A stretch of 32,000 nucleotides of DNA from Candidatus Omnitrophota bacterium (GTDB taxonomy: Bacteria; Omnitrophota; Gorgyraeia; 2-01-FULL-45-10). Both the position numbers and the translations under genes were made by a program. Every line of letters starts with the position of its first letter. Position 1 is the stretch's first letter. The stretch is from contig JAMWCX010000004.1 of NCBI GenBank assembly GCA_023818895.1, forward strand, positions 21,947-53,946. The letters run 5' to 3'. Positions 19,092 through 26,187 of the stretch are shown here, in pieces. The notes beneath the pieces are model-generated. The model worked only from the letters and a program-made list of their open reading frames with translations, was not told where the DNA came from and did no database searches.

Positions 19092-19490
19092 CTAGCGTAC
19101 GCATTCATCCTGATGGGGATGGTCGCACCGGCTCTTATCCAGACCATATCCCTTTCCAGCGCCGGGACGGCACAGGCTCTCTCCGCCTTCCAGTTTACCT
19201 TGTGCGAACTTTTCAATAACCTCATCTATCCTGCCGCTTACACCTACGATAGTCTTAATGCCATATTCCTGAAAAAAACCTGTCGCTCTCACCCCCATCC
19301 CACCGGCTACTATGCACGCTACGCCGCGCTCATGAAGAAATTGAGGTATAAAACCCGGCTGGTGGCCTGGGTTTGCTACCGACTCTCTCTTTTCAACCTT
19401 TCCGTTTTTTATATCCACTATGGTAAAGGTCGGACAACGTCCGAAATGGGCGGATACATTATCTCCATCCGTGGAAATCGCTATCCTCAT
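19092..19490 (-). CDS. NifX/NifB-C-terminal-like small protein (paralogue)
   Basis: 132 aa: MRIAISTDGDNVSAHFGRCPTFTIVD...ACIVAGGMGVRA. GAGGTGG lies upstream of the start. Confidence 0.75.
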   Translation of the reverse strand: MRIAISTDGDNVSAHFGRCPTFTIVDIKNGKVEKRESVANPGHQPGFIPQFLHERGVACIVAGGMGVRATGFFQEYGIKTIVGVSGRIDEVIEKFAQGKLEGGESLCRPGAGKGYGLDKSRCDHPHQDECVR

Positions 19491-19561
19491 TTTTTCACCA
19501 CCTCACAATGATCGCTAAGAAGGGCTTTGCTTTAAGCCAAAGCCCTTCTTAGTCATTACGA

Positions 19562-19924
19562 CTACTCATCGGCCCTTTGAGCACCTTGAGTTTTTCCCAG
19601 AGCATCGAGCCTTTCCTGGACCGCTCTCAGTTCTTCTTTGAGCAGTTCTGCCTCCTCTTTCAACATCGCGGCTTCTTCTTCTTTAGAAAAAGCCGGGGCA
19701 TATCCTATTCCGAACGCAGGGTAGCCATAACCGGCTCTTGCCCAGCCGGGGAGTCCCGTTTCGTAATATCTGTTCCTCCAACCCCTGCCTCCGCCTCTTC
19801 CGAAGAAAAGTCGGCGACCAAAAGGTCTTCGTCCCGTACCATATACGGATGAGACACAAAAACCTCTTACACCCCCCGTCATAGGACCCATACCCATAGG
19901 GCCTGTTCCGTCAAAACCTGGCAC
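19562..19924 (-). CDS. DUF5320-family protein (Gly-rich N-terminus, Arg/Gly-rich middle, C-terminal coiled coil)
   Basis: Sequence PGFDGTGPMGMGPMTGG...GRGGGRGWRNRYY...EEEAAMLKEEAELLKEELRAVQERLDAL. I prefer the start at GTG 19924, 8 nt after AGGAGG. The family name is from memory. Confidence 0.6.
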   Translation of the reverse strand: MPGFDGTGPMGMGPMTGGVRGFCVSSVYGTGRRPFGRRLFFGRGGGRGWRNRYYETGLPGWARAGYGYPAFGIGYAPAFSKEEEAAMLKEEAELLKEELRAVQERLDALGKTQGAQRADE

Positions 19925-19939
19925 AATAATCACCTCCTT

Positions 19940-20416
19940 TCATTTTTTATTCCTGCACTTATCGCATAATCCATAAAACTGTATCAGATGGTCTTTAATA
20001 TCAAACTTGTATTTTGCCGAAAGCCCCTTTTCCGCTCTCCTTAAAAACTCCTTCTCATCATCCACAAATTCGGTATAGTCGATAACCCTGTTGCATTTCG
20101 TGCATATTAGGTGGTGATGATGCTGAGAGCTAAAGTCGGACTTTTGAGCCAATTCGTACCTGGCCCGACCATCCCCAAAATCAAATTTCGATACTAATCC
20201 CAAACTTACGAGTATCTCAAGAGTCCTATATACGGTGGTAAGGCCTATGGCCGGATTCAGACGGTGCACTTTCAGAAATATATCCTCGGCGCTCAGATGC
20301 TTATCCGCTCCGGTAAGAACTCCCAGTATGGCTTCGCGGCCACTTGTTATCCTGTAACCGCAGCCCCTGAAATGGCCGTGCCACCAGACCGGCCCTCTTC
20401 CGTTTCCTCTTGGCAT
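19940..20416 (-). CDS. Fur-family metalloregulator (Fur, Zur or PerR not distinguishable)
   Basis: 158 aa with a winged-helix region (TTVYRTLEILVSLGLV), HHHH-L-C-x2-C and a C-terminal CDKC structural Zn site. AAGGAG RBS. Confidence 0.85.
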   Translation of the reverse strand: MPRGNGRGPVWWHGHFRGCGYRITSGREAILGVLTGADKHLSAEDIFLKVHRLNPAIGLTTVYRTLEILVSLGLVSKFDFGDGRARYELAQKSDFSSQHHHHLICTKCNRVIDYTEFVDDEKEFLRRAEKGLSAKYKFDIKDHLIQFYGLCDKCRNKK

Positions 20417-20432
20417 AGCAATTCTCCTTATT

Positions 20433-20481
20433 GGTAATGGTTTCCATTATCAATAATACACTATAAGTCGGTCTTTGTCAA
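20433..20481 (-). promoter_or_regulatory. promoter of the Fur-family gene with an overlapping palindromic operator
   Basis: The minus strand reads TTGACA (20481-20476), a 17-nt spacer, then TATTAT (20458-20453). This is immediately followed by GATAATGGAAACCATTACC (20451-20433), which contains the perfect inverted repeat TAATGG-aaa-CCATTA. Confidence 0.6.
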
Positions 20482-20521
20482 CAGTATTTTTTGGATATTT
20501 TTTAACCCCGGATGTCCCGGA

Positions 20522-21388
20522 TTAGACGTCTATATTAAGGAAGGCTCTTACGCCCAGCCCTATCAGGAACGAGAGGCCGGCGACGCCGAGCGATATGGAA
20601 ACCATCTCGACGAACCTCTTGCGGAACTCGAGGTTTCTGGCGACCGAAATATAGAATGTAAAGGTGAAAATTATCATTACAGCGGAGATAACCATAAGAC
20701 ATAGGGAGAGGATCAGATTATTCAGTAAAAGATAAGGCAATATGAGGATTGTGACGGTGATTATATACGCAATACCAGTATAGACGGAGGCCTTGAAAGG
20801 ATCTTTCGTCTCCCCTTCTGACTTAGTCGAAAGAAACTCCGAAGCCGCCATCGAAAGCGACGCCGCTATTCCGGTTATGGCGCCCGCGGTGGCCACAAGG
20901 CGAGGTTTTCCCAATGCGAATGTAAGCCCCACCAGAGCCCCGGTAAGCTCCACAAGGGCGTCATTAAGGCCGAGGACGATAGATCCTGCGTATTTTAAGC
21001 GCTCCTCGTCTATCATATCAAGAAGCTGGTGCTCGTGCGCATCTTCTTCGGCCGATATTTGCGCGGCCTCGGCCACGCTTGAGGATATGTCGCTGTAAAC
21101 ATCCTGGGCGTTCTCTTCGCCTCCTTCCATGAGCTTCAAAACGAACGTAAGGCCGAGAACCCGCGCCATGATGACATATTTCAATATGTTAAAACGGTCG
21201 GGGCCGACATCTTCCCCCGTATATTTCTTCCAGATACCATAATGTCTAAGCTCGTCATCGGATATCCTGCGCAGGAGTTTCCTGTTCGCCGGATTTTTTT
21301 CAATATCCGCCAGGCGGGCGTATATATAGTGTTCGGTTATCTCGTTTCGCTGGAAAAGAAGAGCCCTTCTTTTTATATCGTCGTTCAT
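20522..21388 (-). CDS. VIT1/CCC1-family iron transporter with an N-terminal ferritin-like (rubrerythrin-type) domain
   Basis: 288 aa. It has an N-terminal E..H four-helix segment (ELRHYGIW..., EEDAHEHQL) followed by the VIT1 membrane domain (GLNDALVELTGALVG...). Confidence 0.8.
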   Translation of the reverse strand: MNDDIKRRALLFQRNEITEHYIYARLADIEKNPANRKLLRRISDDELRHYGIWKKYTGEDVGPDRFNILKYVIMARVLGLTFVLKLMEGGEENAQDVYSDISSSVAEAAQISAEEDAHEHQLLDMIDEERLKYAGSIVLGLNDALVELTGALVGLTFALGKPRLVATAGAITGIAASLSMAASEFLSTKSEGETKDPFKASVYTGIAYIITVTILILPYLLLNNLILSLCLMVISAVMIIFTFTFYISVARNLEFRKRFVEMVSISLGVAGLSFLIGLGVRAFLNIDV

Positions 21389-21410
21389 GAGAATATCCTT
21401 TAAGGCAAGA

Positions 21411-21929
21411 TCAGGAAGCTACCTCTTTTTTAAGTGCCGCCAGCGCCGCATCGTAGTTAGGAGGAGAGCTCAGCTCTTTTACAAGCTGCACGTATTTTAC
21501 GATGTCGTCTTTTCCTATTATAAATATCGCGCGCGCAAGAAGTCTCATCTCCTTTATGAGAACTCCATAATTTTTGCCAAAAGAGGCGTCCCGGTGGTCA
21601 GACAGAGTCTTTACCTTATTTATATCAAACTCCTGGCAGAATCTCTTCTGGGCAAACGGAAGGTCCATACTGACAAAGATTATCGCCACATCCTTTGATA
21701 TCTTGGCGGCCTCATCATTAAAACGCTTTATCTCCGTATCGCAGACAGGCGTATCCAAAGAAGGGACTGATGCTATAAGCTTGATCTTTCCCTTAAAATC
21801 ATTCAGGCTTTTCTCCGTCAGATCATGGGACAGCGTCCTAAAATCAGGAGCTTTCTGCCCCACTTTTATCTGAGGACCTTCCAATGTAAGTGGTGAACCT
21901 TTTAGTGTTATTAGCCCTTGGCTCTCCAT
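21411..21929 (-). CDS. tpx: thiol peroxidase
   Basis: Sequence KAPDF...SVPSLDTPVCDTE. I moved the start to ATG 21929 (MESQG), 4 nt after GGAGGG. Confidence 0.85.
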   Translation of the reverse strand: MESQGLITLKGSPLTLEGPQIKVGQKAPDFRTLSHDLTEKSLNDFKGKIKLIASVPSLDTPVCDTEIKRFNDEAAKISKDVAIIFVSMDLPFAQKRFCQEFDINKVKTLSDHRDASFGKNYGVLIKEMRLLARAIFIIGKDDIVKYVQLVKELSSPPNYDAALAALKKEVAS

Positions 21930-22150
21930 CTGCCCTCCTTCCAATCTCATGTAAGCTAAGCTATCCTAAGCTATAGACGTTTTCCAAATTGTGCTGGAAC
22001 CTGTCTACGTAATTATGATGTATGATGGGGATGTTCCCCGAGGGGGCACCTCCCCTATCATAATCGTTTTAGCTCTAAAGAGTTAGTAACTCCATTTCCT
22101 ATTCGCTTCCTCGATGACATCCTTATTTAAACCGGTTATCGAAAACCACT

Positions 22151-23389
22151 CTATCCCATTGCGCAAGTACCGCCGCCAAGTTTTGTCTTATACAGATTCC
22201 TGTTATATGGAAGCTTCATAAGTAAAATTCCCATCATGCAATTATCGGTAAGGCCGGCGTATATAAGGCCGCAGGATACAAATACGGATATAGCCAGAAA
22301 CCACGTATTCACCATAAGGGCAAGTAATATCCCGGTAAGAACAAGACTGCCTGCGATAACTCTCACTTGGCGTTCAATCGAAATGCCGCCTACACCTTTT
22401 ATGACGGGCAATTTCTCCTTTTGCCATTTCATCATGCCACCGTCGAGCACCATGACGCCTTGCATGCCGGATTGGACCAACATATCGGCCGCCATAGGAG
22501 AGCGGTTACCAGTGCGGCATAGCACTATGTAGGACTTACCGGACGAGGCAAGCTCATCAAGCCGTGGCGCCAGTGTATCGATTGGAATATTGATCGCGTC
22601 CTTTATGTGCGATTCATTAAACTCAGTTACTGACCGAACATCAAGATACCTAACATTCTGGTTTTTTGCCGTAAGTTCGGCGGCCTCTTTCGGTGAAATC
22701 ATCTTAAGCGCCACGACATCGCCACGCTGGTTTGCGCGCACTATGTTGTCAATGTTAAACGGCTTCGGCATAATCTTAGAACGCATGTTAGCAACAAAGA
22801 CGGCCTTATCAGTCTCTTTCATAAAAGGATTTTGCGCTTTTTCCCGTCCGATGGTAGAAGATTTCTTTTCATGATAGTCATGGCCGGGATACACGACTGT
22901 CGCATCGGGAAGAGCCTTAAATTTCTGAAGCGTGTCGAACATAGATTCTGGAGAGCCGTTCTGGAAATCGGTCCTCCCCACGCTTCCGATGAGCAACACA
23001 TCACCGGTAAACAAAGCGCCTGCGGCAAGTATACTTATCGCATCATCTGTATGTCCGGGCGTATAGATGACCTTAAGAGAATTACTGCCAAGCGCGATTT
23101 CATCGCCATCTTTTACTCTGCGATCCGCAACTGATGAAATCGCCTTCTCACCCATTATGACTGGTGCCCCTAGTTCTTTTTTTAGTATCATGGCTAGAGA
23201 AAAGTGGTCCGCATGAGTATGAGTATCTACTATGGCTTTTGGTTCAAGACCTTTTTTCTTAAGATAGTTTATGTAACTATCCTTCAAGCTTATATGTGGA
23301 TCTATAATAACCGCCTCTTTTGCCGAACTCAGTATATAAGAATAGCAGCTTCCCGCTTTAAACTGCTTTACAATAATAACATCTTTCAT
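22151..23389 (-). CDS. MBL-fold (persulfide dioxygenase/ETHE1-like) - rhodanese - DUF2892 membrane-tail fusion protein
   Basis: 412 aa with DTHTHADH, a rhodanese active-site loop CRTGNRS, and a C-terminal two-TM YAGLTDNCMMG segment. Confidence 0.75.
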   Translation of the reverse strand: MKDVIIVKQFKAGSCYSYILSSAKEAVIIDPHISLKDSYINYLKKKGLEPKAIVDTHTHADHFSLAMILKKELGAPVIMGEKAISSVADRRVKDGDEIALGSNSLKVIYTPGHTDDAISILAAGALFTGDVLLIGSVGRTDFQNGSPESMFDTLQKFKALPDATVVYPGHDYHEKKSSTIGREKAQNPFMKETDKAVFVANMRSKIMPKPFNIDNIVRANQRGDVVALKMISPKEAAELTAKNQNVRYLDVRSVTEFNESHIKDAINIPIDTLAPRLDELASSGKSYIVLCRTGNRSPMAADMLVQSGMQGVMVLDGGMMKWQKEKLPVIKGVGGISIERQVRVIAGSLVLTGILLALMVNTWFLAISVFVSCGLIYAGLTDNCMMGILLMKLPYNRNLYKTKLGGGTCAMG

Positions 23390-23474
23390 ATAATCTCCAT
23401 CTTTTCAGAAAATCAAACATACACGCAAACATCACCTTGCTCAATCCTAGTAAAAATTATGATGCCGGAACAAC

Positions 23475-23520
23475 AAGGACATATCCGGGTTCTGCGAATA
23501 CCGAAAGCGGATATGTCCTT
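23475..23520. terminator. 13-bp perfect hairpin downstream of the 23560-23901 gene
   Basis: The sequence is aaggacatatccg, a 20-nt loop, then cggatatgtcctt. It is followed by atttttat on the + strand and GTTGTT on the minus strand. Confidence 0.4.
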
Positions 23521-23559
23521 ATTTTTATCAAAACCGGTTCTGGGTCAGCGCGTTTTATC

Positions 23560-23901
23560 TTACTTGCCCGATCCGGAAATGGCCTTTCCGGCGCTCTGCA
23601 TGGCCTGGCCGGTCTTATTATATACTGTGCCTACTCCTTCGCTTGCCTTGTTAACAGCCGCGCCCGCTGTGGTAGATACGTGACTTACACCGCTACCTAT
23701 AGTTTTACCCGCTTCCGCGCTGCCTTTTCCAGCCCCTTGAACCACTTTGCCTGCCGCAGAAACCGTCTGCCCTGTGGTATTGCGCACAGCAGACACCGCG
23801 GAACCGGCCTTTTCCTTCGCCTTGCTCAATAATCCGGCCGATGCAACGCCGGGCATCGCTATCGTAATCATCAAAATAACCGCCGCTATCCTTTTCGCCA
23901 T
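23560..23901 (-). CDS. secreted low-complexity Ala/Gly/Ser/Lys-rich repeat protein
   Basis: I moved the start to ATG 23901 (MAKRIAAVILMITIAMPGVASA signal peptide, GGAGAGG upstream). The mature part has loose repeats of the form AGK..G.G.S. Confidence 0.5.
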   Translation of the reverse strand: MAKRIAAVILMITIAMPGVASAGLLSKAKEKAGSAVSAVRNTTGQTVSAAGKVVQGAGKGSAEAGKTIGSGVSHVSTTAGAAVNKASEGVGTVYNKTGQAMQSAGKAISGSGK

Positions 23902-24087
23902 GACCTCTCCTTTCTGTCTATACGGCACAATACCACTAGCAACTTTTATCGCTATTATACCACAAAAATTAAATAAAACAGTGTTTTTCAGTGGGCAATT
24001 CGAATACCAACCGATAGGGACGTTCCCCAAGGGGACACCCTATTCAATTCTCATTGTATACACCATGGCTACGGCGGCCCGCCGCAT

Positions 24088-24342
24088 CTATTTCTCCCTC
24101 AGAGTCCTTACTATCCAAATTATGAATCGAATAAAAAGATAAGCCGGATAGCCGGACAAGACCAACGCAAAACCCACCCAAAACCATGCGTATGCCACAT
24201 TGCCTATGTAGTAGTCTTTAGATGGATTGGCCTGGCGGATTAAACCATAGATAAATAACATCATCGCGGGAATGACAAAGCAAATAATAGATGCCCATCC
24301 CAATACAAGCGCCTCCCGCACTATGATTTTCTTTATGCTCAT
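24088..24342 (-). CDS. small two- or three-TM membrane protein, hypothetical
   Basis: 84 aa and hydrophobic, with an ATGA overlap to the upstream gene. Confidence 0.4.
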   Translation of the reverse strand: MSIKKIIVREALVLGWASIICFVIPAMMLFIYGLIRQANPSKDYYIGNVAYAWFWVGFALVLSGYPAYLFIRFIIWIVRTLREK

Positions 24343-24701
24343 TGCGCATCCGTTAAGCCATACTTTTTCATAATCTCTTTCGATGGCTTGCCTTTAAAAG
24401 TAACGATATCAACCAATATCTCCATAACGGTTGCGGAAAACACCACATCGATAGCTTTGGGGTCGGGATGCTTTTTCACCTCTTGGTAATAGATATAATA
24501 CAAACCGTCGAGAGCAGTTACGCCGTTTGCAATATCGCCGTCTATCTTGAGGATATGATAGAGCGTTTTGACCAAGTCCTGCTTTTGTTGGGGAGTATAC
24601 TCTATCCAATCATAGCCCGTGGCCTCTAGATTGACTTGGGCAAATGATGAAGCGGCGCTCAAGATACCAATCAGACATATCGTCATTGCTGTTCGAATCA
24701 T
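24339..24701 (-). CDS. secreted hypothetical protein
   Basis: I moved the start to ATG 24701 (MIRTAMTICLIGILSAASSFAQ signal peptide), because the track start at 24782 is TTG. Confidence 0.4.
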   Translation of the reverse strand: MIRTAMTICLIGILSAASSFAQVNLEATGYDWIEYTPQQKQDLVKTLYHILKIDGDIANGVTALDGLYYIYYQEVKKHPDPKAIDVVFSATVMEILVDIVTFKGKPSKEIMKKYGLTDAQ

Positions 24702-24812
24702 CTTTTCTGCTTTATTTTCCAAGCCCTTTCTTTTTAGTACAAATGTCAGTGCCCATACAAATAACCGATATCCCCCTTTCAAGCATTATGCAAGGAACCG
24801 ATTAATACAAAA

Positions 24813-25586
24813 TTATTTTTTCCCGGCAGCCCCTATTATTTCTTTAGGGAGCTTCTTAAAACACATAAACCAATCCAAACAATAATAATCTTTACCCGCA
24901 TTATCCACGCGCTCTTTCGCAACCCCACATGAACCAGGCGGCGGAATTATGACGTCATCGCCCGGCTGCCAATCGGCCGGCGTGGCAACTTTGTGTGCGT
25001 CCGACGTCTGCATGGCTATTAAAAGACGCTTTATCTCCTGGAAATTGCGGCCATTCGAAAGCGGATAATATAGTACGGCGCGTATCTTACCGTTCGGGTC
25101 GATGAAAAATACAGCCCTGACCGCTTTCGTGTCATCAGCCGAAGGCTGAACCATGCCGTAGCGCTTGGCAACATCCATCTTTATGTCAGCTATCACCGGA
25201 AACTTAATTTCAACGTTCTCCATTCCTTTATATTTGATCTTTTCCTTTATCGTCCGCAGCCATGCTATGTGGCTGTAGTTGGAATCGATCGATAAGCCCA
25301 CCAGCTCGCAGTTAAGCGCCTTGAACTCGGATTCCATCGCCGCAAAAGTCATGAATTCAGTGGTGCAGACAGGCGTGAAATCGGCTGGATGACTAAAAAG
25401 AATCACCCACTTGCCCTTATAATCTGAAGGAAAATTTATTTCGCCCTGGGTAGTTGTCGCTTTAAAGGCAGGAGCGTCTTCACCTATCAGCGGAATACGC
25501 TGTGCCTGCTCTTCGCTAGCGCCAGCGAAGGATGACAATACCGCCGCGGCAATAATTATAGCAACTATAGCACCTTTTCTAACCAT
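24813..25586 (-). CDS. peroxiredoxin (Prx6/archaeal-type, PVCTTE, C-terminal C.DW..C motif) with an N-terminal signal peptide
   Basis: Sequence HPADFTPVCTTE...YYCLDWFMCFKK. The N-terminus MVRKGAIVAIIIAAAVLSSFAGA looks like a signal sequence. The ATG at 25586 follows GGAGG by 6 nt. Confidence 0.85.
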   Translation of the reverse strand: MVRKGAIVAIIIAAAVLSSFAGASEEQAQRIPLIGEDAPAFKATTTQGEINFPSDYKGKWVILFSHPADFTPVCTTEFMTFAAMESEFKALNCELVGLSIDSNYSHIAWLRTIKEKIKYKGMENVEIKFPVIADIKMDVAKRYGMVQPSADDTKAVRAVFFIDPNGKIRAVLYYPLSNGRNFQEIKRLLIAMQTSDAHKVATPADWQPGDDVIIPPPGSCGVAKERVDNAGKDYYCLDWFMCFKKLPKEIIGAAGKK

Positions 25587-25663
25587 CACATACCTCCTTT
25601 TTGTTTATCAATTTTTTTAATCCAAATGCGAGCCTTATACGACAAGCTCTAACTCAACAAATA

Positions 25664-25684
25664 TGGCGGAGAGATAGGGATTCG
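25664..25684. repeat. 21-bp copy of the tRNA-Ser 3' end (outer att-like direct repeat)
   Basis: Identical to 30525-30545, which spans from within the T-loop (CGAA) through the 3' T-stem strand, acceptor 3' strand, discriminator and encoded CCA. Confidence 0.9.
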
Positions 25685-25803
25685 GCGACTTCGCCTCGCA
25701 GAGCTCGGCTTGCGTCGCCAGCTCGGCCGCTGTCGCGCATAGCACTTTTCCTCACTATTCGCTCGGCGCGGCCTCGCTTCGAATCACCGTCTCACACTAA
25801 GCA

Positions 25804-26177
25804 AACTGGCGGTGTTCTTGCGACGAAATCAGAAACTTCTACCGCCAAAGTTTAATTGTTTATTAGGCTCGCGCTCATTGCTTGAGCCGAAAGCTTTTGT
25901 TTGCTCCCGAGCAGTGCGTGTTATAGCGCTCGGATACTTCCTAAAATAGAGGCTCGCTTTATGCCCCCTTTCCGCTAAGCGTGCCGTCCCCCAGAGGGAC
26001 GGCAGCGGAAAAGCGTAACCTCTCCCCCTAAAGAAACTCTAAATCAAAGAAATGCCCCTTCTCCTCAGGGAGAGGGAGAAAGAAGAAGACAAATTTTTTT
26101 CAAATAACAAACAACCTCAAGGGGCGGGCGTGCTCGCACCACGCCCGCCCCTATAAAATCTATCTGGCAAAATTTTG
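25804..26177 (+). repeat. core + Y arm (left, attL-like end)
   Basis: The reverse complement of 28483-28855 matches base for base, apart from one 1-nt indel near 25908. Confidence 0.95.
26121..26151 (-). terminator. intrinsic terminator of the R-M operon (inside Y)
   Basis: The hairpin is ggggcgggcgtg, a 7-nt loop, then cacgcccgcccc. On the minus strand it is followed by TTGAGGTTGTTTGTTATTTG and lies 37 nt after the endonuclease stop codon. Confidence 0.65.
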
Positions 26178-26187
26178 CCCAAAATAT

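Noticed and set aside
18698-19225. Long N-terminal extensions in the track, such as this 175-aa version of the NifX-like gene, the 91-aa feoA, the 156-aa form of 23560-24030 and the 147-aa form of 24339-24782
   Set aside because: Internal ATGs with strong Shine-Dalgarno sequences or ATGA coupling give proteins that begin at the conserved N-terminus or signal peptide. The extensions overlap neighbouring genes or start at TTG or GTG.
25601-25855. 84-aa plus-strand ORF across the tRNA fragment and spacer
   Set aside because: Its composition is Arg/Ser/Ala-rich and low-complexity, and it has no RBS. It spans an att-type repeat and non-coding GC-rich DNA, so it is most likely a chance open frame.
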